NCBI GenBank assembly: GCA_965153355.1
Contig: OZ231126.1
Location: 18,352,001 to 18,416,000 of the forward strand
Reading direction: 5' to 3'
Source: Flaccisagitta enflata
Lineage: Eukaryota
DNA length: 64,000 nt
The stretch's first letter is position 1. Every line of letters starts with the position of its first letter. Below the pieces are notes generated by a model that was not told the origin of the DNA, ran no database searches, and saw only the letters and a program-made list of their open reading frames with translations. Positions 39,811 through 54,860 of the stretch are shown one piece after another. The position numbers and the translations under genes were made by a program.

Positions 39811-42800
39811 AACTGTACACCTTTACCATCATTCTCAACCCCTAGACCTAATTAAATTTCCATTCTTAAACATTACTTGCAATTCTAAACCCTTGCTATG
39901 CGTTTAAGCTCTACTTACTTTCCTAAGACTATATTTTCTTTGAAAAGAAAGAAATGGTATTTATAACAATCTTTACCTCTTCTACCCTCCCCTGCAAAAT
40001 TTTTCCTTGGTTTCATGTTATTGAAGATGAAAGTTTGAAACTTTTTTCAATGAGTGAGATTGATTGACAGATAGTTTCTTGCTTCCAATTTAAGAGGCAG
40101 ATAAAAAAGGTTTAAGCGATTAATATATTATCAAGAGTCATGATTAATCATTGATAAGAAAAAAAGTCAACTGCAAAATATGGATCAATACATTGATCAG
40201 GCCAAGTCAGTTTCTGCAATATGCAAATGATTTCATCAAACTTTGAAGATGCAGCCAATCACTTTTTTGCCTTTAATCATAAACCAACATGGCCACAGAC
40301 ACAGTCACCCAATTGCGGATGGGTGGTCAGGGGCAGTATAGCAAAAAACACATTTTAAAAAAGATACAAATAGACAATTAGACTGATGGACCTACACAGC
40401 AAGTTTGCAACTGAAGATATTGGATTTATGAATACACAATATTGTTTTGTTAGGAAAAATTTTGATTTTCTAAAGGTTAAGGAGATTGAATCAGTGTCAA
40501 TCTCATTTGCATATTGTTGTAGATTAGCTATCCTTTCTTGAAGTAAGATGTTCTTTGCTGTTGACTACAAAAATATTGTTTTTTGAAACCCATGAACTGA
40601 CAAGTTGATTTATGTTGTTCATCTTTCTTTTTTTTTCCATGTCAGAGGATACTTCTCATTATGTAGTTTCAATCATTTCATCCTCTGATGTGTAAATAGT
40701 AAAATCATATCACCTAAAGGATCTATGTCTATAAATGTTTATAATTGAGTGTTGGTAAGCTGAAGAAAAACTTGGGAACTTTTACTTAAAACACAAGTAG
40801 GTTTTTGATTCATTGATGATTTGCTCTTTGAACCAGAACTGCTGCTTGAAACGATTTCTGAAGTGGGTTTGCCTGACCTATGGGCCATAACAAAAGATAT
40901 CTTTCATGACCTTAGAGCTTTTATATCAATTGACCAGTGTCACATTATCATTGCTCACATCCTCAACAAGGCCGGATACACGGCGGACTTTTATTAAAAC
41001 ACAAGTAGCTCTTTGAACCAGATGACTGCTCTTGAAACGATTTCTGAAGTGGGTTTGCCTGACCTATGGGACATTACAATAGATATCTTTCATGACCTTG
41101 GAGCTTTTACATCAATTGACCAGTGTCATATTAGCATTGCTCACATCCTCAAAAATGGATGAAATGTAAATACAGCCTTTTAAATAAAGCTTTTTCCAAG
41201 CAACTTGAGTCCTAATTAGCATATTGTTACGCTATCCAGATCCAGCCTGTTGTGCATCAGAACTCATGAACCAACTAGTTCTCCTCTAGTCTCTCCTGTC
41301 AACCATGGTGCCTGCATTGATAACACTAAATGAGGAGAGACCGTTAATCTCATTAGCATATTGCAGCTCTCTTAGTACCTGATAAGTAGCCATCCCAATG
41401 TCAGTTTTAGAGGCAGGTTATTTCATCTCGTTTAGGGAACTGGTCCACTAGTCCAACAATTGTTGTAAAAACAATTAGTGCACAATGTTCTTGAAGCAAC
41501 TAGATCAGTTGACAGCAACTGTAGTAGCATCCATTTCACTCCTTACTGTTGGATTATTTTTTAAAAAAATAATATAACTATAAGATCTTACACAACAAAA
41601 AAAGATAAATTTCACATAGTCAATCAATGAATTTCTCTCCTGGGATACCTCTTTACCGCTAGTATGGTCAACTATTTGGATAATCCTTTGACCGAGTAAG
41701 TATGATTATTTAAGATTTATGGAATGGAATCAACCAGTCGTTCCTCAGTCATGTGTTCAGAGTAGAGGGACCGATTAATTCATTAGCATATTGCAGCTCT
41801 ATGTTAGCCTGTCAAATGGCCTCCTGTTGTCATTTTGATAGGTTTGTTGAATCAACCCATGGTGATCATTGGCCCATTTGTCTAATAACTAACTCAGTCT
41901 TTTCAATTATGCAATGTCCTTGGAGCAAGAATATGATTTTACGACTATCATGAGAGCATCTATTTGACTTCTTTAGGATTGGTTAAATCCCTTAATTCAC
42001 AAGGTGTAATAGTGAGTTCAGTTATGCTAAAGTAAAGGAGCTGTGTAGCTGCTTCTTGCTTTTGTTCATTCAGTACATTGCAATGAAATCTGGCTGCAGT
42101 TGAACATGTCAATTATTGAAAAGGGATATACAAAATGAATTTAAGTGAGTTCAAATCCATGGTGTCCCAGTTAAAGATCTTTCCATTTATATGCATTTTT
42201 TGAAAAATAAACTGTCAAATGTATTTGCATTTTTTCAAAATGAATGGCCAACACAATTGAGCTTGTCTTTAAAGATTAACATTCATCTTTGAATTTGTTT
42301 AACCACACTTGTAATATCTCTTTGTAAATATCAGTCACCTTAACCCTGAATCAAAATGATATCCACACTGTATTTACAAGGAGAAAAAATCTTTATTTTA
42401 CCAAGATTTCAACCATGAAATTTGATGCTACAATATGCAAATGAGATGGTACATTGTTGAAGAGAAAACAAAAAAGAGTAGTGATGTTCTGACTTCATTT
42501 GCATAAAGCGGTTACTTTCATTGAGATTGGTAGCTTACTGTTTCCATATCCATGGCACTAAGTTTTTGCCCTCAATGCTGCTGGCAGCCAAAATTGTCAA
42601 TTTTTGAAATGACAAATATGATATCTTTACATGTGGGCTACATTAAAATGTTTAAGTAAAAGGGTATACATTTAGCCAAATGGTTGTGACTAAAATATGT
42701 ATATCAAAAGCACAAAATCAAATATCGGATTGACTTACTAACAGAGGAAGAAGTCAATAAATATAATAGTTAAATATGGCCTGTTGCATTTGCATGAACA

Positions 42801-45800
42801 AAAGGATTTAATCTTTCCTCTCATCCACCACAATTATCATCCCATTTTGTCTATTTCAAGCAGCTATAGTACAGTGCTTTTCTTTTTTGCTTTTTCTTAT
42901 TTGCATATTGCTGTTTTTTTATTTGCAAGCCCTCTTTGTTGCCGTTTCATGTTTTTTGTTCCAAGTTTGTATTAATCAAATGGCAATAATTCAAATCATT
43001 CCTCTAAGATGGTAGGCACAATATGCATGTTAACAGCATAGATTCAAATATGGTTCAATTATAAAATTTTTCATGGTTTAAGCAACTGGGTTAGATTAAC
43101 TCTTGGTGCATATACTCAATCAGCCATGAACATTTGATTTGTTTATTTATTCTTAAAAGTTAGTGTTTAAGAACATTTCTGTTGAGGATGATCTGCGCAC
43201 CTCCTTATTTGCATATTGCTGTTGGCCCATTTTAAAGCTGTTATAGCTGAATTAGAGTCAATCTTTTCTATCTTGTCAATCAGAAAACATGAGATTACAA
43301 TACATGAAATACTAAAGCAAAAAAAAAAATCTGAAAAATCTCAAGGCTAAGAGTAAAATCTGGTTTGTGAAGTAGAGATCCTTGATTAAAAAATTGATGG
43401 CTTTGTTTCCAATCAAACTTTTTTTATCAAATTTCATCATTGACAAGTTTCGCTTATATCTTTACATTATACAATTTTAGCCCACCACAAAAATACATTA
43501 GCAAAAGTAAGAAAATTGGGAATCCGGGATGCAATATGTTCATCACAACCAAGGTTTGCTTTGTTTGTCTCAAGGCAACATGGATGACTTAGAGGGGCTT
43601 GCCTTAACTGTTTTTGAATGTGAAATGACCTTGCTTAGCTTGACATGGACTGGGGCTTGGCTTGGTTTGGCTTGGCTTGGCTTTGCTTGGCTAAGTTAGA
43701 TTGCATTGAGGAAGTGTCTTTGATTCAGAGGGTATTACTTGTTACATGTTTAGGACATGTAAGATGAATCTTTTGACTACCAAGCTCTAGGCCTCCTCTC
43801 CTTTGTAAAAAAGCTGCAGCAAGAAAACAAAAGACAATTTAGTTTTCTTCAAAAACACTGGTGCAGCACTGACTAGGGAAACTACCCTTTTGTCCCTGGC
43901 TCTGTAGAAATTTTTTACCAGGAATTTGTTTATTTTGATTTTCTTTGCAATGGTGCATGATAAAATTAAAATTCTTTCACCAAACTGTTAGTTATGTTAC
44001 CCGCTATCTTTTGTTATTTCATTGTTTTTTCCTAGGTGCTCTAACAAAAAAGCTAACCTATCAAAAACTGAGGTGGTTTTTAAGGGATTGACATAAAATT
44101 GGTGAAAGATCTTGAAAAGATCTTTCAAATGGGACCAATCTGGCATTTTTAGCTTGATTCGTTCAAAAGTTATGATCAAAACGTGAAATAAAGAGAATGG
44201 AAGAAAAATTCAATGATCTGGAAAATCGTCAAAAATCTTCATAACATTGCTCATGTTTGACAGCTTATAACGGGTGTTCGAATAAAAATTGAAATCTAAA
44301 CCAGAGCAGCTAGAGACGTGCGATTTTTTTCTGGACGTAGATCATGCTTCATAGAGCTTAAGTTAAACAAGTCATGGTTCATGGTCTCTGTTTACTAATG
44401 TAAACAAACAGATAAACAGTTGAAAATGAAAGATTCAAAAAGTCATGAATAAAACACATTTAGGGAAGCACAACATGCATGTTTTGTAGACCAAAAGGAA
44501 GGTCTTAGTCTCCTCTTTAATCTAAGACAAAAAACGAGTTGTTTTATGTCTTAGCTTCTTTCAAAACAACCAAAATAAACAATGGCGTTGTTCCCTTTTT
44601 TCATGTCTAAATAAGACTAAAGAGGGCCACCACTTGTCTTTTTTCTCAGTCTCTTCTCATCTTTCCTGAAAAAAAAGAGCAAAAGGCACTTGAAACCTCT
44701 GATCTGCACTTGAAAGGTCTTGTGAGAGGTCAAAGACTGCAGGGACAGCAGCAGTAGAACCGCAGCAGTAGAACCAGTCTTGTGAGAGGTCCAAAACTGC
44801 AGGGACAGCAGCAGTAGAACCGCAAAGAAAAATTTGCTGTAGTTTGATGCCATCTTGAGTTTTCCCACTAAACTAGGCAATGAAAACAAAAGAACAAAAG
44901 ACTTTAAAGTATGAGTGAAGCCTTTTTTCAACTTGCATGTGATTTACTTGGATTGAGTGACATAATTGTTTTTTAATATTTCATCAATGAATCTGACACT
45001 TCTAAATTTAAAGTGAGAAAATTATTCACAAAAAAAATTCTGTGATGAACTACATGAGCTGTAAAAACACTCTTATCGCCCAGAAATTGACTAGTTCTCT
45101 GAAATTGATTTCATTTGTGTCTTGTAGGACAAAGGTAATATTGAAGGTAATAAAGAAGTAGCACAAGACCAAATATCTCAATTATCAAACTACTGAAAGT
45201 TTGTGTTGCAAAAATTGTTTAAGCATATAAAAATATCTCTCATTTATGATGCTAGATGCCAAGCCATTAAGAATTGACATGACTGCAGTATGCAAACGAT
45301 TTCTTTTTACTTACTTTCAAAGTTTGAATCAGACATTCACAGCAGCTTGTATCAATCCTTATTTACATATTGCTGAAAGTTTCTTTTTGAATCTTCAGTG
45401 ATATAAAACAAAAACAAGGTTTTCAAAATGTGAGTTTGGGCTCTGTGCTGTGTGGAAAGAACACTTGACCCAAACTGCATCTATTTCTTTTTTGGTTAAA
45501 GAGTTCAATTCCAATTTTATGATTTTCAACAGCTTGATCTACGCTTGTTTCAACTGCTGCTATATTGTCAAAGGATAAAAGCCCCATCAAAAACTAAATC
45601 AAAATACGGCTTCTAAAGTATGAGTAATCAAGGCCTACAATTCAAATGTGGTGATTATTATACCATGGAAAAAAAAAGTGAACACTCCTGTGAAAATGAT
45701 CACGCCCAAATCAGTAAGACAGGGGCAGTACTACAAAACTATAGTACAACAGTATTTGACACTTGCGGACCTTACAGTGACCTATAGCACTAAGAAAAAA

Positions 45801-47389
45801 AATAACAAAATAAAAATCTCAGAAATAATTATGAGGGACTGATCAATGACTGGTTAGATAGAGAGATAATTAGAGTGAGACAGACTGTAACAGCAAAGTG
45901 TTAGTTTCTGCAAAAGTTGCGTTGCCTTGATTAAATATGATTTGACCTATTAAACAAGCTTCATGTTTACCATTGTGATGAATAAGGATTTTGCCTGAGG
46001 TCACAGATGAAAATGAGAATTACTGCAGTGAGGAAAAATTTTTTCCTGCTTACATTCAATGAGCATATGACATGATCAAATAACCCCGTACTAAGTAAAA
46101 AAGACAACCATAGCAGGTTAAAACGCATGCAGCAATATGCAAACTAGATTTAGTTCCATTTCTCCTACAAAAAAAATCAAAATGATATGAGAATCTCATT
46201 AGCATAATGATGTTGCTGTGTATTTCTGTCACTCTACTTGTTGATGATTTAAAAGAACATACACAAGGCCAAGTAGGGTGCGACATGTGGATCATCAAAT
46301 GAATGCGCTACCAATCAAACAACCAAACGACTGACCAACCGTTGGACACAGCCAGTTTTATAGGTGCTTTGTTGCACCTGATAATGCAGCTGTGGTCATA
46401 GGTCACTCTATCTCATATTGCATAGAATGGCTAATATAAACAAGGCCGGATTTATGGCAAGACCGTTGCAGATGGTTGGGCAGGGGCCGTAATGCAAAAA
46501 CTGCTCGCAGTTCAAAAAAGTTAGTAGCTTACCAACCTACCAACATGGCGAGGTGTAGAGTCGCGTGTCGGCAACTAAGAACTTAATACATGGTCAACAG
46601 GGCAGTCTTTCCTCTATGAATTCTCATTTGAAATTAGCAAAATGCTTTATGTACCAGTCACCTTCATTTGTTAGACTGTGAGGAGCAAAATGAAATCAAA
46701 TATGATAGTGGTCAAATTATGGAATAGCTCTGAGGCATTGGAGATTTCAAGATATGGACCTGACTGTTAGCCTGATGGACTAATGATCTACAAAATATCG
46801 ATTCATGCATCTAAAAAGAAATGTTGAGGAAGTTTTTTCTGGGATACCATAGAGCTGCAATATGCAAATAAGATTGACAGCGTGCTTTCTCAAGATTTCA
46901 TTTTGTTTTAGCTGCCAAGCTAGTTGAAAAAGCGGGTGGAAAACAAGTGGACACTTCTCTTTCTCTTAATTTTCACTAACAAATAATCAGACGGCCCATG
47001 AGTTACTGAGTGTATAAAGCATAGACGTTAGGACCTCTTAGAGAAGTACTAAGTCAAACAAACAGAAATGCCTTGACCTTTTGCAATTTTAGATGATTTT
47101 TTAGGTATTCTTACGACTGCAAGGAGCAGAATAAGTTCCAATATAATAGTGGTCAAAGTATGGAATGGCTCTTAGGCATTGCAGATATCAAGAGATGGAC
47201 TCGACTGTTAGACTGATATACTATTGATCTACTGAAGGAGGACCTATGCACCGGAAAAAAATGACATTCAGGAAGTTTTTTTATGGTCACTATAGAGCTG
47301 CAAAATGCAAATTAGATTGACAGTGTCCCCTCTGAGCCGTTTGTACTATTTTGGCTTCATAATACCTTGAAACTAGTCGCCCAAGAATA

Positions 47390-50300
47390 AAGAGTGTCCC
47401 AAAAAATGTTCCTCATTAGTATTCATAAATCTGATTTGATGCTCTTTTCATTTCTAAAAAAATATTTTTACTGATTTCTCTTTGCTGACGCAGCGGAGAT
47501 TACCTTCCCTCGCCACCAGGTTTCCCAAATTCCCCAGTAAAAGAACAAAAGAACAACTGGGTGCATATGGGTCAGATAAACATCATCACATGCAAGATGG
47601 TAGCAATTGTTAACAAGACTCTAGAATGCAAATTTCATTTTTCTAGCTTATTTCAAGATGGACATAGCTCGAAGTTAACTTTTACTTTACCCATACTTTT
47701 CCAAAGTAAATCAAAGTGGTTCCAAAATTCAAATTCAACAGCTTTTCAAAAAACAGCAATATGCAAATCTAACTCTAAAGCTTTAAAGATATCCCTATCA
47801 ATTTTTTTTTCTTTCTTTGAGGGGGAAACATAATTTTTGGCATCAACCAATATAAGCTTTAGACTGATAATTTAGCTTGACTTAGATTTCATATTATTGT
47901 CACAATAATCATAACCACAAAAAAAAAAATTCTATTTTAAATGTGATTAATGTCCTTATACATATGCTTATAAAGAGGAGACAAATGACCCCACTTAAAC
48001 ATTGTTTTCTTTCTTTAGTCAAACCAATCACCTAAACTACAAAATAAGTTTCATTGGGTCTAATATCACACAACAATATGCAAATCAAATTCACAACTTG
48101 GAAGAGAATCTCAAAGTTAACCAGCTTCCAATGAGGGTTTTATATCAACAAATTCTGAAGCAACTCTTGCTAGAAATGCATCATATTACTATATCTCGCG
48201 ACACGTATGGTCCTCACTTAAAAACAAAGTGGGATTCTATTGTTTGAAAAAAATGAGCCTTAAAATGTCATGAGCATGAAAAGAGAGAGTAGGTGTCTCT
48301 TGAAATTGTATGTTATTCTTTGCTTCATTGGCAAAAATTTGATTCTATTTGATTCAAGAACAAAAATGTCAAATCTATGACATGAATCAAATGCAACAAA
48401 GAAATGATGATGAAAAAAGTATCTTCCAAAGACATAATTCTGTGAGTTTACAATTTATAAAAGAAAACTACTGACACTGCATTATGCAAATGAGTTTTAG
48501 TGACATAAATGCAAACCTATGTTATTCTGTGTTTCAGTGAATCTGCAACTTTCTTATTGCTTGATAAAGTGGTCCACACCGCTCTCGATACAAGTATAGC
48601 AACATAAATTCTTTTACCTATAACTTGGTGAATATTACTTATCACTTCAAAGTAAGTTATGGCAGGAATGACAGTCTTTCATACAGTTCATTGGCCATGT
48701 GTTTTCAGACATATATTTTTATGCAGGTACTTGAGCTAACGGAGCTGATTCAAATGATCAAATGCCACTGATTAGGATATGATTTAAATGTAATGAAGAA
48801 TTTTTCTCTGAAGAATGGCAAACATTCATATCACATAACATTCTTGAATTTACATCTCTGATTTCATAGCATGAACAATACAGAGCTTATTATTCTCTAG
48901 TACAGCAGTATGCAAATAGAATTTTTGTGTTGAAAAGCAAAACAGTTTTGAAGTTCTTTCTTTCTTCAATACTCATTTACATAATGTGGAAACTTTTTTT
49001 TATAACTAAGTTATATGAAGGTTCTGACTGACTCTCATCGATGTAGGATTAGTCCATTGACTGAACTCAGTAAAATGATAGCAATTGACTTTAGGATTTG
49101 GAAATCAATTTTCTTTAGTTGGTAAAAGGTGTATAACTTATTTTTTGGGGAAACTTTGACTTGTACGTAGTAGTTAGTAAAGTGAAAAAAATCCTGAAGC
49201 TCTCTCCTTTTTGCATCATTTGCATATTGCAGTCTACACTTTTTGAATCATTTGCATATTGCAGTCTACACTTTTTTTAGCTCGACAACAATTTCAGTAT
49301 CAATTCAAATACATTTTCTTGATAGCTAGAACTGTGCTTATGACAATGCCGCCAATGTAGCACAGATCTATTGATTTAATCATATGTTTTTTTCGCAAGA
49401 TTATGTGGGGATTTTTTGTTCAAATAAAAGAATTTCTCACCGTGAAGAGCAAAAAAACAAATGAAAAGCTTTGTACTGATATCCAAAACAATACGTATTC
49501 GCTCTTGACAATTGATCTTTGAAGTGTATTGTTACTTAGATGCATCTGTTAAACAGCCATCGCCATAGTATTTATTACACTTGTGTAATAAATTTAACAT
49601 ATATGTCATCTTGCTATACATCTTGGTATACATCAACTAACCCGATGATAGGTAATGACTCAATCTACAAAGAGGCTGCCAAAACATGAAACAGAATGGA
49701 AGTCATTTTCATGTCATCAGTTTTCTTAATCTCATTTGCATTTTGTAGTGTGTGTGCTTTTACATGCATCATCCATCCCAATAAATCAATATCATGGTAA
49801 TTTTTTTTTTTATCTGAGTAGTTTAAGATGGTGTCTATAAGATACGAATGATCTTTGCTTCATTATTTATACTGTCAACAGGCAAACAAATTTTTTTTGG
49901 AAATTGCAATGTGCTTACATTTATTGGATAGGTTATCTCCAATGAAAACCACGTATTATTTCAATTCCAGCATTTATAAAATGACTCACTCTTTATATGT
50001 GGCATATATTCAAGCTCTTGTAGGAAGCTTCAACTTTAAATTAGATGCTGTATAAATAATTGCTTACTTTGCATTTGCATTTTGATTAGTCAATTTTTGG
50101 TTCAAAAAGTTTTTTTTTTTCAATTATTACTGTGCTTTGATTTGTAAGGAATTCTTTTAATGAAGTTAAGAAAAAGGCCATGTTAGTTGATTACCATCCA
50201 AACAAAAAACTTGCCACTAGCCAGGATCGAACCCCAGTCTAGTTACCCCAAGGAAAATGCTTTAACCATTTGACCACTGAGACAACATAATTCATAGGAA

Positions 50301-50759
50301 GAAATTGACCTTTTAAACAAATCAAGCCCTCATGCTGCGCAGCAGCTCTGCATTGCTCCAACTGTTTTTGCTGAGTATCATGGCAACCAAAATGCTAAAA
50401 AACATGGCCGACAGGCCCTTCCAGCCCACTGAAACCTGAAGGGACCTTAAAATTTCAATTCAATTTTTGGCAGTGAATTTCAAAACTTTCAAAATGGATT
50501 TTTTTATACACTGTTGCACTTATTCCAAGGAGTGTCTCAAAAAAAATTGCATGTCCATATGATTTTTTATTAATTAGTAATTGGAAAAAAAGAGCTTCCA
50601 TATTTTTGTCTTTAAGTGTTTGTTTACATAACTAAACATAAATAACCAAAGTTGAAAAAACCCAACAAATGATCTATGAATGTTTCTCTACAACTTTGTA
50701 TTTTGGTGAAACTTTCTATCTGTGCAAGAAGTCCTTGGAACATTTTTTGGGACACCCTT
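47390..50759. mobile_element. 3.37-kb non-autonomous Tc1/mariner-like element
   Basis: 23-bp TIR AAGAGTGTCCCAAAAAATGTTCC / GGAACATTTTTTGGGACACCCTT, TA TSD; empty site CCCAAGAATATGTGG at 31921 in copy 1; no long ORF. Confidence 0.92.
50210..50283 (-). ncRNA. tRNA-derived sequence (pseudo-tRNA or SINE head) with Pol III A and B boxes
   Basis: Minus strand GTCTCAGTGGTCAAATGGTTAAAGC…GGGGTTCGATCCTGGCTAGTGGCA, followed by a T run; acceptor stem poorly paired. Confidence 0.55.
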
Positions 50760-53700
50760 TATGTGGTCAGCGATACCCGTTGCCCTGCTTTGCATAGTTG
50801 TGAATCAGAATAAAAGGAAGTAGGGCAGCGGCCCCAAAGGGGACAAAGTCCTGTAGAACACAGGAGGACTTTTGTTTGTTCTTTCTTCGGTCCATAAATC
50901 CGTTCCCCCAGGCCCTGTCAGGCTCTCTCAGGCTCTCTCAGGCCTGAAATCTACTCTCTCAGTCCTGACTCTGAGAGGGCAGGTTTGAGGCCTGAGAGAG
51001 CATATTTCAGGCCTGATAGGGCAGATTCAAGGTCCTAGAGGGCAGATTTTAGGCTTGAGAAGGCAGATTTCAGGCCTGAGCAGGCAGATTTCAGGCCTGA
51101 AAGGGCTGATTTCAGGCCTGAGAGGGCCTGGGGGAGACAAACAAATGGACAAACAAACTAACAAACAAAAGTTCCTCTGTGTTCTACAGGACTTCATCCC
51201 CTTTTGGGCCGCAGCCCAAAAAGGGGTAGAAGACAGTTGAATGAATCTCTCTCTCTTGATTCTCATTTATATTTTGCCAGATCACTTGCAAGTCAATGGT
51301 TAAATGAAGGAAGAACTGAGATGACCTTTGTCTTTATTTATGCGTGGTTCAATGTTATTTTTTGGGTCCCTGTAAAACTGTTAGGAGCAAAATGAATTTC
51401 ATTATGAAAGAGATCCAAATATGAAATAACTCTTAGACATTGCTGAAGTCAAGTGATGAACCTATGTATTGGACTATTAGACCAATGATCTACTAAAGAG
51501 CAATCAATGCCCCTGAAAAAAAGACATTCAGGAAGTTTTTATTAGGTCGCTATAGAGCTGCAATATGCAAATGAAATTGACAGTGTCCCTACTGAATCTT
51601 TCATACTGTTTCAGCTGCATGAAAGGTTAAAATAAAGAGTGGAAGACAAACATATGATTATCTATGTGTTAGCTGTATTGTTAACCAACCAGATTGCTCT
51701 TGAGTCTTGACTTGTGAGTCAATGGGAGTGAAGGGCATTTACCAATTCAAAGGTTGGGCTGCAATAAATAATTTTTGTATATGCCTCAGCCCTCAAGTTC
51801 ATTGGATTTTTTAGGTGTTTGTAAGACTGTAAGGAGCAAAATCAATTCATGAAAGGTAGTGGTCAAGTTATGGAATGGCTCTGAGGCATTGCAAATATCA
51901 AGAAATGGACTTGACTGCAAGACTGATGGACTAATGATCTACAAAATGCCGATTCATGCACCTGAAAAAAAAATAATATTCAGAAAGTTTGTTCTAGGTC
52001 ACTATAGAGCTGCAATATGCAAACAAGATTGACAGTGTTCCCTCTCAGTGTTTCATACTGATTTGGCTGCAAAATTGGTGAAACAAGGCCGGATACACAG
52101 CTACCGTGCGGGTGGGCAGGGGCCACATTTGAGGTCACTAGACCATTCAGGCAGGGGCAGTGAGGTCAAAGAAATGAAATCATAAAAAAAGTAAAATTGG
52201 GACCAACCGACCGACGGACAGATGGACAAAGGTGGTTGTAGAGTCACTGGCACGTGACAAAAAAAGGGGTGGAAAACAAGAGGAAGGTTCTCTGTCTCTT
52301 AATCATCCCTAACAACTGGTCAGATGGCTCATCAGTCAATGGGTGAAAAAGGCATAGACTGGTTCATTAGGAAATCTAAAGAGAACACGTGATGCAGGTT
52401 CACAAGTTCATTGCGAATGGGTGGGCAGGGGCATCCAACCCCAACGCCCCACTCCATACACACAAAATGTATCCAAAACGCTCAACTTTCCACTTTTCTA
52501 CTCAATCACCTCTACAAACAAACCAATGGAAAAACAGACAGTCAAAGCGTTTAATAGAGTTGCGTGTCTGCAAATATAAACTGAGTTGAGTTAATAGTTT
52601 TTCAAAAATGCAATTATTTTTCATGTTGGCTGAGGTGAAAAATTTTTTAAGGGTTTATCTGACAGTAAGGAGCAAAATGAATTCCAAAATGGTAGTGCTC
52701 AAATTATGCAATGGCTCTTAGGCATTGCAGATATCAAGAAATGGACTTGACTGTTAGACTGATGAACTAATTATCGACTAAAGGCCAATCTATGCACCTG
52801 AAAATATGTCTTTTAGGAACTTTTTTTTATGGTCACTATAGGACTTCAATATGCAAATAAGATTGACAGTGTCCCTTCTGAGTCTTTTATACTGTTTGCC
52901 TGCATAGTATGCTGAAAAAAGGGGTAGAAGATAATCAGTTCTCTTTCACATTTTGCCAAATTGCTCGCAAGTCAATGATTCATTTAGGGAAGAAAAGAGT
53001 GAGACACATGTTATTACTATGCAAAGTAAGCACCGATAGATGTTATTTTTTTGGTCTCTGTAAGATTATTTGGAGCAAAATGAATTTCAACATAAAAATG
53101 GTCTAATTATGTGAGGACTCTTAGGCATTGCTATGTACCTATGTATTGGATTTTTGGACCAATGATCTATTAGAGATCATTTTATACCCCTGAAAGAAAT
53201 GATATTCAGGATGTTTTTATTAGATTACTATAGAACTGCAATATGCAAATGAGATTGACAGTGTCCCTACCCAATATTTATACTGTTTTAGCTGCATGAA
53301 CCATTAAGAAAAAAAAGAAGACAGATTTATAGGTCTTCATCTGTTAGTTTTGTTAAAAGCCAATCAGATTGCCCTTGACTCGTGAGTCGATAGGTGTGAA
53401 GGGAACTTCCTGAATAATTGGGGAGATCACAGTCAATGTATCATCTTTCTGTACATGCCCTAAGTATTTGGGATTTTCTAGGTCTTTGTCTGACTGAAAG
53501 GAGCAAAACCAAGTCATAAAAGATAGTGGTCTAAGTATGGAATGGCTCTGAGGCTTTGCAGATAGAAATGGACATGACTGTTAGACTGATGGACTAATGA
53601 TCTACAAAATGCTGATTCATACACTTTCAAAAAACGACATTCAGGAAGTTTGGTCTACGTTACTGTAGTGCTGCAATATGCAAATAAGATTGACAGTGTA

Positions 53701-54231
53701 CCTTCTCAGTGTTCCATACTGATTTGGCTTCAACATTGGTTGAAAAGAAAGGGGGGGGAACAAGTGGAAGGTTCTCTATCTCTCAATTCTCACTAACAAC
53801 TGATCAGATAGCTCGTGAGTCAATAGTTGTGGAGGGCATAGACTGGTTTGTCAGGGGACCTGAAGAGAGGAACTGAATTAAATTCACACTTTTTCAGAAA
53901 CGCAAAGATTAGTTATTAGGTTATCTAAGTCAGCCTAACACCCTTTGAGAAGTAACACAGTTTTTTAAGATTTGTTGAAAAGAAGTGTTTTTTTGGTCTT
54001 TTTAGACTGTTAAGAGCAAAATGAATTCCAATATGATAGGGGTCCAATTACAGAATGACTCTTAAGCGTTGCAGATATCAAGAGATGGACTTGATTGTTA
54101 GACTTATGGACCGATGATCTACTAGAGACCAATCAATGCCTTAAAAAAAAGGGTATTCAGGGAGTTTTTTTCTAGGTCACTGTAGTGCTGCAATATGCAA
54201 ATGAGATTGACAGTGCTCCTTCTAAGCCTTT

Positions 54232-54860
54232 TTTTGGCAGCGGCTCCGAAGGACGAAGTCCTGTAGAACACAGGGGGACTTTCGTTCGTCCGTTTGTTTG
54301 TTCATTCGTTCGTCCCCCCCCCCCTCATCAGGCCCCTCAGGCCTCAAATTTGGCCTCTGAGACCTCAAATCTGGCCTCTCAGGCCTCAAATCCGGCCTCC
54401 CAGGCCTCAAATCCAACCTCTCAGGCCTCACCTTGGGCCTCTCAGGCCTCAAATTAGGCTTCCCCTGCCTCAAACCGTACCCCTCGGGCCTCAAATTAGG
54501 CCTCTCAGGCCCTTAATCAGCTATCTAAGCCTCAATTTACTGCTCTCAGGCTTCAAATCAGTCCTCTGACCTTTCAAGCCTTAATCCAGCTCTCTCATGC
54601 CTCAAGTCAGCCCTCTAAAGCTTCCGATTGGCCTCATTTCAGCCTTCTCAGGCCTCAGTTTAGGCTCTTGGAGACCTTCAGTAAGCCCTCCATAGCATTT
54701 TATCCACTTCTTCAGGCAGGACAAACGAAAGTGACCCTGTGATCTACAGGACTTCGTCCCCTTCGGGGCCGCTGCCCTGCTTCCCCTCACTCCAATTCAC
54801 AATCACTCAAAGCAGGGCAACGGGTATCGCTGACCACATATTGCCCTTGGGCGACCTGTT
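54232..54860 (+). mobile_element. Family-B HINE (complete; truncated at about 36094 in copy 1)
   Basis: Both subTIRs, 21-bp array and GGGCGACCTGTT end; satellite sequence resumes after it. Confidence 0.82.
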
